Assembly (NCBI GenBank): GCA_951406725.2
Contig: OX597823.1
Span: 38,212,001 to 38,274,000, forward strand
Source of the DNA: Octopus vulgaris
Lineage: Eukaryota
Length of the DNA: 62,000 nt
Direction: 5' to 3'
The translations under genes and the position numbers were made by a program. Below are positions 24,935 to 38,228 of the stretch, one piece after another; within the stretch, counting starts at the first letter, position 1; each line of letters starts with the position of its first letter. A model generated the notes under the pieces. It saw only the letters and a program-made list of their open reading frames with translations, was not told the origin of the DNA and made no database searches.

Positions 24935-26220
24935 CCACCATATTATAGGCACAGTTAATTTTCCTAATCTATGTGATTGCAGAGATAAAAATACTTGTGA
25001 ACTCTTGAATAAATGTAAAACTAAAAATGTAATCTACCAATGTGACTTATTCTCCAATAATTACAAGAAAATTTATATAGGAGCAACTAAAAATGAAATG
25101 AAACTTAGATATAATTCTCATTGCTCAAGTTTCAGAAAGAGAAGTAAGACTAACTCTTCCGTATTAAGTAGTTACATCTAGGAACTGAAAGATAATAACA
25201 TTAATTATAGATTAGGATGGCGTATCCTAGCCAAAACATCTTCATAAAACCTTAAAAATAATCGCTGTAATTTATGCATAAATGAGAAAGTCTTAATTTT
25301 AATGGCCAAATCAGAATTACTTAATAAACGAGACAAGAAAAATATTGCATGTTTACATAGAGATAAATTCTTATTCTGTAAATACTGCTAATACCTACAT
25401 TATAGGTTATTAGCTGACCTGCCTAACATCTGATTACTTACCCTAAACCCCTCCCCCTCAATACAGAGCATAATTTAACATCACATCACAATTAAATTAA
25501 ATCAAATTATCCCAATTAACTGAATTATCTATCTTACATTCTACGATGTACACCAGGACATAAAATACTCTATAATATATTCACTTTAAAGTTAGATCGC
25601 TGACTAACATACCAATTGCTAGGGCAGCCACTGACATAAACATTATTAAATGAGTGATTTAGGTTGTCCTAGCTGACTGTATTGGTTTTTAATTATATTA
25701 ATGAGTAGATAGATAGCACCACACATAGCAACATATTATTTTTATTTATATATTTTATTATTATACCTTTTACGTAACCCAAATTTATACATTATATCAC
25801 ACTAACTTTTTAAAAGCATCCTTAGGTTTTAACAAGGGGATTATGTGTAATCATAGGGACTTATCTAGCAGTCACAAACAGCGTTATATATTACAATTAA
25901 CAACACCAGATATTAATACCAGGTACAACACCTTTGACTAACACTGCCGGTCAACTAGTCATTTCCCCCACTTATTTCTCCATTCATCTAACTGAAGAAA
26001 TGTACACACCCGTGGAATCCAAAAAGGGCACAAAAATGTAAGCCTAAAAACTTAATGAACTTTTTCCTTTTTTCCTTTTCTCCTTTTCCTTTCCATTTCC
26101 CTTTTTCTCCTATCTATATTTCTCCAATAAACTCTAAATCATTCTGATGATGTTTGTTAAATGGAACAAGATAAATGCAAATTTACTTTGAAATAACAAA
26201 CTCAAACAGCAGTAAATGTT
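24935..26220 (+). mobile_element. Penelope-like element, GIY-YIG endonuclease (clade 2) plus terminal region with hammerhead-like motif
   Basis: 24963-25390 reads CDCRDKNTC..NVIYQC..KIYIGAT..RYNSHCSSF..LSSYI*ELK..WRIL..CNLCINEK..LLNKR..CLHRDKF with two premature stops; CTGATGA at 26144. Confidence 0.9.
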
Positions 26221-27753
26221 CTTGAACTACAGTTAAACTATGACCTTTTAATGCCATTGATCAACTTGTAATTGTTAATTGTTTCTCCATTTCTTTTCTT
26301 ATCTGTATATATACATATATATAAAATTGTTAAAGAGGACAACAAACGTTTTATATATCTGCTATATCGGAAGTCTGCAATAGCTCCATAATTACTGTTT
26401 CGGCTATAACTTTGGAACTTTGGTAATCTGTTACAACACTTACCTAGTGTACCTAATTGTTTAGATCAACTGTGAACTAAACTTCCATATTTTGTATATA
26501 TATATATATTAAAAATGTGAAAGGCTGGTTTATGGCATTACCTTAGGTTTCCTGTCCATGAAGTGTTTAGCTTTATGGCATATTGTCAGATCCCAAACAC
26601 CTGTTGGCCCATGACCTCTTAAAATATGGAGGGGCAAATGCCTCACTACTCAAAGTTAACAAGTGGGGATTATCTCTATTGCTAATGACCATCAACTTCT
26701 GGCTGTGCCGCCATCTTACAGGCTCCAAAAGGCTAGCAGGAACTTCCTGAAATGTAAACATGGCCCGAAAATCTCTGTTCTGGAGATTTTTGAAGTGAAA
26801 TTTCTGGGTAAAGTGCTGGTTAAGAAGTGCACAATACCCCGAAATAAGGAGACCCTACAGTTCGAATGCTGGAAGTTATTCAAGACATTTGCCAAAAGAT
26901 TACTTGAAGTTCAAAGATGTCAACATGTAAATTGGCACAGCAGTCTCACATAAGCAGGAGGTCATGCCAAAGTCTAAAGTTGAAGCCATATCATTTCACA
27001 TGTGTACAGCAATTAAAAGTGGATGACTAGAGCACACAGGTTTCTGAATAGCAATTACAAGCAGCTAAAATAGCACAATGACAATTGCAAACAAAAGGCT
27101 GGGTGTTTTTTTTGTGTGTAAATTTATTTCTGTATTTACACAATGCAATGAACTTCAGGGACATGCACATAAATAGGTAACTAGATACTTAGGCAGATAA
27201 TTTATACATACATATATATATTTACTTGAGTCTAAGAGACCTTAAGTCAGGGAGAATATGCACTCATATAACTGTTGGTATGCACTACACTTTACACATC
27301 ACTTTATGCATCACATATTACATCACATTACGCATTAAACATTTCACACCACACAGTAATATGTAAAAAAAAAACCCCACATAACTTTATCCTTTACATG
27401 CACCATGCACCCCACCCCCACAGAGAAACCACACATTTTTATACAATCCTTCTCAACTTCACAATTTCCTTCTGCCAACTCAGCAGCAAACTTAATCAAG
27501 GGGCATAACTCATAACTGACTCTCCTGGAACATTTTTATCCTACCACCTTTACACAGCAGATGCTGACTGGTCATGCTCATTTCCACCTCCAGCAGTGGA
27601 GAGTGGTCGCCATTTCCCCTCCCATGTTGGCTATTTCTGATGCGCATATATTATATAACTGGTTTGTGGCTTAACACTCCATTATATAGTTTCACACAAA
27701 ACTGATTGGTAAGACCAGCCGTGATGGATAATTAACACTATAAAATTCAGACA

Positions 27754-27796
<43 letters not shown>

Positions 27797-28805
27797 GGGA
27801 GAGAGATACATATATGTATATACATACATATATACATACAGTCACACACACATATGTACATATACTTTTGTGTGTGTGTGTGGTGTACAGGTGTGTATGT
27901 GCATGTGTGTGTATGTTTTTGCCTGTGTTTGTGTTTATTCCTCTGTCCACCACTCGACAACTGGTGCTGGCTTGTTTACATCTCTGCAACTTAGTGGTTC
28001 AGCAAGAGAGACCAATAAAATAAGCATCAAACTTTAAAAAAAAAAATCAAATACTGGATTTGATTTGTTCAGCTAAACTCTTCAAGGCAGTGCCCCAGCC
28101 AGGTGGCAGTCCAGTGACTGAAGCAAGTAAAAGATAAAAGATAACAAAATAGATATGTTATTAACAAGGAAATTTCCCCAAGATTTAGAGATTGACTGCA
28201 ATGTTATAGCAAAACTTCAAAATGAAAATAAGCATTAATAGTTTGGTATTTAAATTTCAAGAGTCATATTTGGAACATTTGTGAGAACAAATTCTGTTCC
28301 AATGTAGAATAACCTATAATTGTTCTGAGATGTAGGAATGTTGAAGAAAACAGACTTGCTGTTGCTTTGATGGAACATTGCCAACATTTGTTCAACTCAT
28401 AAATACATTAGTTACTGACTTGTGAACATAGTGCTTAAAGGAGTGCAAGTTCAGTTGTTAAAATATTCACTTCATTATAAATTTATAAGTTTCAACTTAG
28501 TTTCCCTTGAGTCGAGTTACGGAACTAATAAAGCATGAAATAGTTACTTTATTAACTAATATAAAAAATACCGTTTCCATTATAGTGTCATCTTTTAATT
28601 TGATATTTACAATATTCTATTTGTATTGAGTATGTTTGACTTTTTAATCCTCTTTCTTGTTAGAATGGCTGTTAATTTGGTAACAATTGCATGTATTATT
28701 GACTACTCTTCTGTTGAAGAATTGAAGAATTCTGGCTTATGTCTGCAACAATATGATGGTGTAGCAGTAAACTCTTAAGGAATTCGATCCACAACTGGTT
28801 TTAAA

Positions 28806-28886
28806 TCACAACTGGAACTGCTCCATTACTAATGTCCTTGGGAAAGGCACAAATAACTCAACTTCCAAATGACCTTGTTTGTTCTT
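28806..28886 (-). CDS. Candidate terminal exon of an unidentified minus-strand gene (KNKQGHLEVELFVPFPRTLVMEQFQL*)
   Basis: Strong acceptor TTCTTTTTAATTTTATTTTTAATTCTAG; phase 0 matches the 40761-40858 candidate; AATAAA at 28548-28553 on the minus strand. Confidence 0.35.
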   Translation of the reverse strand, partial: KNKQGHLEVELFVPFPRTLVMEQFQL

Positions 28887-28920
28887 CTAGAATTAAAAAT
28901 AAAATTAAAAAGAATATATG

Positions 28921-28989
<69 letters not shown>

Positions 28990-30283
28990 CATATAGTTAT
29001 ATTTTATTGCATGTGTGTGTGTGTATGTGTGCATGCATGCATGTGTGTGCGTGTGTGCATGCATGAGTGTGTGTGTGCATGAGTGTGTGTGTGTGTGTGT
29101 CTTTCTGTATGTCTTTCAACTTACAGACAAAACAACACAGACTTTAAAAAAAGACTTTCATTTTAAACAATTTATGAAGGTTTGAGCATAATTAACGAAT
29201 ACTTTTACCAGTAGCATAGCAATGGGTAATGACCTAGTAATTATAATGCAACTTTTATCAAATTTCTTGATATTGATACAAAATCATGAAATTAATATTT
29301 AAAATTAAATTTAATAAAACAAAACAAAGATGTACATATTCATTCTTAATACATTCTGACAGATTTGAAAGTTAATTATGCTAATTACTGTCGTATTTTA
29401 TGTATGGAGAACAAATTTCTTATTTCTTATTTGTATAATTCATCCTATAAATACTCTCAATTATACCTCCTCCTCCTCTTTAAGATTATATCTTGCTGTG
29501 TGCATAGTGTTCTTTAAGTCATTGCCTGTCACTAAGCCTTGTATGTGCACTTGTCTTCCACCTCTTATGTTAATTTTCTCTGTATCAGTCTTTTACTCTC
29601 TCTCCCATTCTCTCTAAATGACTGGAGAAAACAACCACTAACCAACATTTGTATTGGCTAACATTATGCAGAGATGACTTGTAAATAATGGTTTATTACA
29701 TGGACATGATATAGCAAGTATCTTTAGTAGGATTATGTGTATTATTGTCTAGTTGTCCTTATTGGACAAATTGTCATTGTTGTTTAGCATCAAAGTCCTT
29801 CTTTACATAAAATGGTGGAGGTGTGATTTGAGGGCAATTTGACAGTCTGTGTAATTGAACAGTTCTCCACCAACACAGTAATAGAATGCAGTGGAGTTTA
29901 GTAATGATAAGCACTTAACAAGCTGAGCTTTTAACATTGTTCCAAGCTGTGGACATTTTACCTGCATATTTTCCTTCTAGAAATCTGAGGCTTTTGTGTT
30001 CGTTCAGTTATGTTCATTTTTCCATGCTAGTATGGGTTAGATGAATATGTCATTGAAGCATTGTTTTTCAACTGGATGCCCTTCCTGTCACTAACCTTAA
30101 TCTGGTTTTGAAGGTACAGAGTTACCTAATGATTTGTTCACAAGGAAAATGACAATAAATTTCACTGTTTGAATCTCAGCAATTTTTTCAGTGAAGCACA
30201 AATGTAAACATTCAAATAGATGCCTCATATATACGTACACCATGTACTTGCATACATACACATCCATACATCCACACATGCAT

Positions 30284-30337
<54 letters not shown>

Positions 30338-31840
30338 GATGCTCTGTACAGTTTCTGTCCACAAAAATCATTTACAAGGCATTATCAGTTGGCCCAAGAC
30401 AATTGTAGAAGACACGTGTCCAAGGTGCCACATTATAGGACTGAATCTGAAACTCTGTGATCATGAAGTGAACTTCTTAACCACGCAGCCTGTACATGCT
30501 CATGAGTAAGAAATCCAGTTGCCTATTCCTCTTCCAAATGCAAATTCTAGTGAAGGAAAATAAAATGGTAGAAATATTTAGTTTATATTATATAAAAAGG
30601 GTTGGTAAATTATCAAATGTAATAAAGGGTTAATAGATTAAGATTTTATTATATGTAATAAGAGTTAATAGATTAAGATTTTTTTCCTTATTCGCTAAGG
30701 GTTAATAAGTTGACTCTTTATAAATTAAATGCTTATCATGTATCATAAGGGTTAATACATTCGTCTGTTATAGAAGGTGGTGAGTTGGCAGAATCATTAG
30801 CACACCTGGTGAAATGCTTAGCAACATTTCATTTATCTTTATGTTCTGAATTCAAATTCTGCCAAGGTTGACTTTGCCTTTCATCCTTTCAGTCTTGATA
30901 AAATAAGTAACAATTGAGCACTGGATGGCAGGGGAAGGGGGGGGGGCAACGTAATCCCCTGAAGTTTTTGGCTTTTTGCCAAAATTTGAAACCTACACAT
31001 TAATATGCTATTATTTGTCCAAGTGACAAAACACGGGTGTTTTCAGTTAGATTCACATTACAAAAAATGCAGTTTAAGGTTTTCTGACACAAAAAATGTA
31101 GGTAGTTGTATAAATGATCTAAACTTTGTAAGTAGTCAGATAAATGTTATATTTAGATGAATATTGTTTAGGCCACTAAACACACTGTTTAGTTACAGTG
31201 TTATTTTGTTTAAATTTATACCTGTATATGTTTAATTTTGTAGAAGGGATTGTAGGGGACAAAATATGAAGATGATGCAATAACATCAAGGACTGGATGG
31301 GAGGACTCTGATGAAGTGTATGACTAGCATGAGAGCAGTGTAAGGTGAGGAGTGGGTACTGTGTCTGAGCCACAGGGAAAGATTTTGGCAGAGTGTGTGT
31401 GTGTGGGGGGGGTGTATTTTAGCAAGTTTTATATTATGGTTGGTTACAGAGTGACCATTGATTTCGCCCCTATGAAGTACTTAGCTGTGTAGGTGACTTG
31501 TCAGACTCAAATGGCCAAAAGCACATAACTTCTTGAATTCAGTGAGTAGCTTAAACTGCTAAGCGCTTTGTTGGTGCAAAACCAATGGTCACTTTCTGAA
31601 TGGCCGTAACTTTTTACTTCTTAAAAATATATTACTGCTCTAATGCTTTAAAGTATGCTTCTTTTTCCGATGTATGAACTACCGACGATTTCTATATAGG
31701 TGCAAGAGTGGCTGTGTGGTAAGAAGCCTGCTTTCTAACCACATGGTTCTGGGTTCAGTCCTACTGTGTGGCACTTTGGGCAAATGACTTCTACTATAGC
31801 TTCAGGCTGACCAAAGCCTTGTGAAACTGAAAGAAGCCTG

Positions 31841-31878
<38 letters not shown>

Positions 31879-31884
<6 letters not shown>

Positions 31885-32422
31885 TAATATCAGGGTAAGA
31901 AAAAATTTTAGAAATTTTTACTACCAGTGGTCTTGAAAAATTATAATATATAAGCATGGAGCACATGCTGGATTGCCTCGTATTTATATGTTTAATCTAG
32001 GTATACCTGATGATGAAGACTTTACCTAGCAAATTATTTTATTTGCTAATTTAAAGTCAGAAACCATGGTCCGGGAAATAGATGGTAAATGTTTTTATTT
32101 TTCATTCTCTTCGAAATTTATCCACAATAGTGGTTTGGATTTTGGCTATTCCTTCTAGTGTGCCAGGTATCCTATGATTGATACCTCTTATGTGTTTAAA
32201 TGTAGACAGTATTTATATGAATAATATATAGTCTATTGACTAATTTTTCTACATGCTAGGCCACTGGTAGTAAAAATTTCTAAAATTTTTTCTTACCCTG
32301 ATATTATTAATTATTGATAAATTTTCTGTCAAATTTTCAAAGTAACACCGACATTATTTTATATGCTGCCGATAAAAAACTGCGCTTGCACGGTGGATTT
32401 GAAAAATTATAATATATAAGCA
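31879..32422 (+). mobile_element. Small non-coding hammerhead-bearing element with terminal direct repeat and upstream inversion
   Basis: 24-bp direct repeat 31933-31956/32399-32422; perfect 52-bp inverted repeat 31879-31930/32261-32312; hammerhead fold at 31995-32083; (TA)n on both sides. Confidence 0.8.
31995..32083 (+). ncRNA. Type-I hammerhead ribozyme-like motif
   Basis: Stem I ATCTA..CCTG / CGGG..TAGAT; core ATGATGA; stem II GACTTTA/TAAAGTC with inner TAGCAAAT/ATTTGCTA; GAAA; palindromic stem III ACCATGGT; GTC cleavage triplet ending at 32071. Confidence 0.65.
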
Positions 32423-32429
32423 CTGTATT

Positions 32430-32460
<31 letters not shown>

Positions 32461-32604
32461 GTATAAGGAAAAATAAGAAAAGACAATATCGCATCTTACA
32501 ACTGTTTCTATTTGCACTATTTTGGGCATAATCAGTAATTCATTGGATACAAATATCCCTTAGACAGTTTTTATAACCTCTAACTGAACTCACCTATATA
32601 TATA

Positions 32605-32635
<31 letters not shown>

Positions 32636-32863
32636 TTGTGCATCTATGTTTGTCACTCCACTATCACTTGACAACCAATATTGGTGTCTTGTTTAAATCC
32701 CTGTAACTTAGTGGTTCAGCAAAGAGATCAATAGAATAAGTACTAGTCTTACAAAGAATAAGTCCTGAGGTTGGTTCCTTTGACTAAAGGCGGTGCTCAA
32801 ACATGGCCACAGTCAAATGAGTGAAACAAATAAAAGAATATATGTATACACACACATGCATAT

Positions 32864-32896
<33 letters not shown>

Positions 32897-33351
32897 AGGT
32901 TTATTACATGGATAGGTATGAGATATGTGGCCTTATAGTTCGGGTACTAGATTTACAATAGCAAGATGATGGTTTTGATTCCCAAATTGGTGCATTGTGT
33001 TCTTGAGTAACACACCTTATTTCATATTGTTCAGTGATCACTTTGAACAGAAAATGTCATTTTGATGGAGGGAGTGAGCTAATGTACAGCACACACGTTT
33101 GATAAATTTAAACAAATCATCCATGCAAATTGTTCAGCAAGAAGTTGCACAGTTCTCATCTGTTGTATACAGTAAAAGGGTCCACAAAATGACAAGCATC
33201 TTTTCAGTTTCTTTCAGCTTTGGCCATCCCAGGGCTATAGTAGAGAACACTTGCCAAAGGTGCCATGCAGCAGGATGGAACCCAAAACAAGGTGGTTAGA
33301 ACAAACTTCTCAATGCCTGCATATACACATACACATACACATACATACATA

Positions 33352-33465
33352 CATTATGGCTGCCCCCTCGTTATCGAGAATGGCCATTGCACGAAGCTTA
33401 ACTGTTACTGGTGCTGTGATCGAATGTGACTTTTTAGCCCAGCTAAAGATCTACAATGTATTGTA
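33352..33465 (-). mobile_element. RTE-clade LINE extreme 3' end
   Basis: Minus strand HCRSLAGLKSHIRSQH followed by a short UTR, same C-terminal motif class as 625-962 and 43900-44850. Confidence 0.65.
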
Positions 33466-33594
33466 CATACATACATACATACATACATACATACATACAT
33501 ACATACATACACACACATACATACATACATACATACATACATACATACATACATACATACATACATACATACATACATACATACATACATACAT

Positions 33595-34105
33595 AGAAAT
33601 CTGCAGTTACTCTATCCAGATTGCAAGTTCAGGTTTATACCTGTAATTGTTGGAACCTTGAGATCTGTAACACACTGCCTAAATACCAATCTTGAGAAAT
33701 TAGGCTTCTCAAAACCAGAAAGGAGAAAGCTAATTTGAAGACTACAGATCATATCCATCACTGGAACTGTAAAAATATGTAAAACTTTCCAGAAGTTTAT
33801 CATTTAAATATATATATGAGCATGTCTAGATATGCTGCTATATGCATGAAAATATATACATAAAGCAAAACATATAAATCTGCACATATACATCCATCCA
33901 TCCATCCATCCATCCATCCATCCATCCATCCATCCATACATACATACATACATACAGACAGACAGACAGACAGGCATACATACATACATACAAACAAACA
34001 AACAAACAAAAATACCCTGTTGTTGATGTTGAAATTCCAATGAAGGAGCCTTGAATTTAGGTTAGAAACCAGCTCTTTATTAGCAAGAAATCTTGAAATG
34101 AAACT
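33595..34105 (+). mobile_element. RLE-type non-LTR retrotransposon 3' end between (TACA)n tracts
   Basis: LQLLYPDCKFRFIPVIVGTL..LEKLGF..LI*RLQIISITGTVKICKTF resembles the C-terminus of restriction-like-endonuclease elements. Confidence 0.55.
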
Positions 34106-35674
34106 GAACAATGACATACATACATACATACATACATACATACATACATACATACATACATACATACATACATACATACATACATACATACATACATACA
34201 CACATACATACATACACACATATATATTATACATATATTCAAATATACATGCAAGCACACACACACACATACACACACCAATGCTATTGGTTTAGAATTC
34301 TCTTTTAGGCACCATAAATAAAGGCATCATATATTAGGTTTGAGTGTCCCCAGAGAGGACCAAATAATAGCTTATTTTGATCAGTTTTGGCAGAGAAAAT
34401 AAGGTTTATTTCCCCCATGGGAACATTGAGATAGGAATGTCATTTCCATTGGTGGTTGTTGTTTTCTAGAACTCTAGCATTATTGATTTCAGGTAGAGAT
34501 GTGACTTGCTGGTTATCAATGAGTTTCATTTTTTTGTGCATTGTACAGCTGCTCTAGATGTATCTCTGCAAATATATTACTTATATAACTACAGAGCTGT
34601 GTTATTAATTTTCTCTTTTTTTTTCTAATTGCTTTGTTTTATTTGGAGTTTTTATAAGCGCATTACATGTCCAACACAGAGATTATAGTAAGCTTATGCT
34701 TTCTTGTTAACAACGCTGTATTACGCAATATACCTTTAGCATTATTTCCATTTAAAATGTATGATACAAATAAAAATTACTCTAAATATTGCTTTCAAAT
34801 TTTGGCACAAGGCTAGCAAGCTTGGGGAAGGGGTAAGTTAATTACATCGAACCCAGTACTCAACTGGTACTTATTTTACCGACCCCAAAAGGATGAAAAG
34901 CAAAGTTAATCTCGGGGGTATTTGAACTCAGAATGTAAAGATAGACAAAATGCTGCTAAGCACTTTGTCTGACATGGTAATGATTTTACCAGATCACTGC
35001 CTTAATAACACTAAATATTAATATTTATATTATATTCTCATTTATTTGTGTATTTTTCAGTTAATGTTTTAGAAATAATATTCTGATTGTTACAGTCCAA
35101 CACACTAACATCATTTAAATACCATTAAAATACACACTAACCCCATTAAAATACTGTTAAAATACCATTAGAAAATATTTATACACACATGCATATATAA
35201 GGTTTATTACATGGCTAGGCATGAGACATGTGGCCTAATAGTTACACAAATGAATGTGTAACTCAGTTGTGACACCTAGTTGGAACTAATTTTGTTTTAG
35301 TTTACCTCTTCTCTTAATATTCTTGGGAAAGGCATGAATGCTATATCTTCTGTTTCCTCTTAGTCTGGATATCTATGAAAAACTCTTGAGAAATGATATT
35401 ATTACTGTTGCTATTGTTTTTGCTTAGCCCCAGGTTAGCCTTACATGAGTGTACATGAAATTTAAGGGATTCTTCTCTCTCTCATTCTCTCTCTCTCTCT
35501 TTCTCTGGGATTGAGTATCTAGGAACTACATTATCAAAGGTACCATTTCAAAATGGTAGGGTATAATTTAAAGGAGATTTAGTTGTTATTCCTAGCAGGT
35601 CTCACAATTTCATAGAGGCTTTTCTCCCTTTACATCACCCCGTGTTCCTTCAATATTTTGTTTATATTCTTAAC

Positions 35675-36500
35675 GGTGGCAAGCAGACAGAGCCATTAGT
35701 GCACTAGACAAAATACTTAGTAGTATTTCTCCTGACTCATTACATTTTGAGTTCAAATTCTCCCAAGGTCAACTTTGCCTTTCAGCTTTTCAGGGTTGAT
35801 AGAATAAAGTACCAGTTGATCACTGGAGAAGATCGATGTAATCAGTTGACCACCTTCCCACTAAAATTACTGGCCTTCTTCCAATATTTGAAACCATTTT
35901 TAGAGGGTGGATAAAGGTGGCAAAATATTTAAACAATTGGGCAAGATGCCATGCCTATTTCTTCCAACTTTTTATGTTCTGACTGTAGTTCCTACTGGGG
36001 TCAACATTGCCTTTTGTTATTTTGGTGTCAATAAAATAAAGTACCAGCTAGATACTTGGAATGATGGTATCAACTATCCCGCTTTGTCCCTGAATCATTA
36101 TTATCAAAGGTTATGAGTTGGTAGAACCATTAGCATGCCAGGCAAAATGCCTTCACTTTTTAGGTTCAAATTCCGCTGAGGTCGACTTTGCCTTTCATCC
36201 TCTTGGGATGGATAAAATAAGTACCTGCTGAATACTAAGGTTGATGTAAACAACTGACCCCCTCCTCTGGAATTACTGGCCTTGTGCCAGAATTTGAGAT
36301 CATTATTATCAAATAGAATGGTGGGATCATTACAGTGTTTCTTCTGCTTCTTCATGTTCTAAGTTCAAATCCCACCAAAGTCAACACTACTTTTTATCCT
36401 TTCATGGTCAATAAAATAAAGGACTGATCAAGTACTGAATTCGATATAATCAGCTGTACCCCTCCCTCTAAATTTCTGGCCTTGTGTCTTTGTTAGAGAC
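35675..36500 (+). mobile_element. Array of four head-to-tail SINE family A copies
   Basis: Four successive TTCAAAT/TTGCCTTT/AAAATAAAGTACC modules starting near 35675, 35905, 36110 and 36320; mutually diverged. Confidence 0.75.
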
Positions 36501-37854
36501 AATTATGAGAAGAGAGATGAGAGATGAGTTCTCTCTCTTTACCCTCCTTCCAATTCTACGTTTTGGATACCTCCAATATCAGAAGCTTCTTTCAGTTGTC
36601 AAATTCTTAATTTAAAAAAGAGACAACCATATATTCTAATGGGACACTGCAATCAATAGTGAGACATTTAGTTTTTGGAATATTTTCTTTCTTACAATAT
36701 TGGTTTCAAATTTTTGCACAGAGCCAGCAATTTTGGGGAGTGGCTAAATTGGTTACATCAGTGCCAGTGCTCAACTGGTACTCATTTTATTGACCCCAGA
36801 AGGATCAAAGACAAAGTCAATGTCAGTGGAGTTGAACTCAGAATGTACAAACAGATAAAATGCTGCAAAAGCATTTTGACCATCCCGCTAACAATTCTGC
36901 CAGCTCGCCTTTTCTCTTGTTTTCAATATTAAATATGAGAACATTTTTAAACATTCATTTTGGTTTTCTCATTATAATTAATTTTGAATTTGGACTTAAT
37001 TAATATTCTAATCAAGAAAATTTCCAATTCCAACAGAGCAAATTGTATATTCCTTTCTATCTGTTCAGCTATAACTGGCTCTTAGTGTATCAATAATTAT
37101 CAAACCTTTCCTATGACAACTAACTCTCCTGGCTGTTAACATTTAATTCAACACTCTACACTCATTCTTTTTCTCAAGTGGTTTGCTGTCATGTAAAGAG
37201 AATGGGATGGGGAAAGGTGAGCTGGGAATTAGGGTAGCAACATGTCCACTGAATGGACATGATTTAATGATACTTCAGCCAAAAGATAACTCCCTATTTG
37301 CAGGGTCCTCCCCATTCCACTGCTCTGACAAGCTCAAAGGAACTTCCATGGCAGAAAATTTTATTGTATTTTAGTGTGCAGAAATTTTATCATGCTAACC
37401 ACCTCCATAACAACCACCACTGCCACTGCCACCACCACCACCACCACCACCACCACCACCACCCATCATAATCCCATCATAAATTTTGCTAGTCTGTGGG
37501 TATTTCAAGCCACAAACAAACCAGTATTATAGTCAATAATGATTAAAAATACTGACTGTTCTTCTCCTGTTTAAAATAATATAGATTTTTAAATAAAGCT
37601 TTTTGATGTTTTTGGCAACCAAATCGGTATTTATGGTTTTATTTTGTTTTGTGTTTTTAGATCTAAGAGAAGACACCACATCACTCTAATGAAGGATACC
37701 AGTGTTAATCAATGTTAGTTTTGCAGGTCAGAAATGAAGCCTTTTATTAATTTTCTATTTTGTATTGATATCAGAACTATTACTGCAGAAGTTTCTCTCA
37801 GGATATTTACTGTGTGTCTGTATATATATATATACATATATTCTTTTATTCTTC

Positions 37855-38051
37855 TGCTCTTTACATGTTTCAGTCATTTTGACTGCAGCCATGCTAGAGC
37901 ATGCCTTAAAGGGTTTTTAGTCTAAGTAATTGACCCTAGTACTTATTCTATTGGTTTCTTTTGCAGAACTGCTAAGTTACAGGGAATGTAAACACAGCAA
38001 TATTAGTTGTCAGGAGATGATGGGAGAACAAACACAGACACACACGCAGAA

Positions 38052-38139
<88 letters not shown>

Positions 38140-38187
38140 GTATATATGTATGTTGTTTGTTGTTTAAACACCTGTCTTCGTCTTTTG

Positions 38188-38228
<41 letters not shown>

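Larger units (their letters stand above)
31700..32840 (+). mobile_element. Bipartite SINE family B (head 31700-31842, tail ~32620-32840) split by an insertion
   Basis: Head and tail match 42560-42960 and 47045-47445; internal microsatellite carries the 31879-32422 element. Confidence 0.75.

Noticed and set aside
23640-25390. One continuous Penelope ORF interrupted by SINE and mariner
   Set aside because: The RT core is absent and the N-terminal piece is nested inside a SINE whose halves flank it, so the two pieces are probably separate insertions.
26395-26420. Minus-strand TAGCCGAAAACAGTA half-motif
   Set aside because: No upstream CUGANGA could be found.
26560-26960. Unique stretch with 96-aa ORF 26663-26953
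   Set aside because: No recognisable motif and no convincing splice-site pair; possibly a decayed element I cannot identify.
34035-34080. CCAATGAAGG..TTAGAAACC as a hammerhead
   Set aside because: Two core mismatches and no convincing stem I or stem III pairing.
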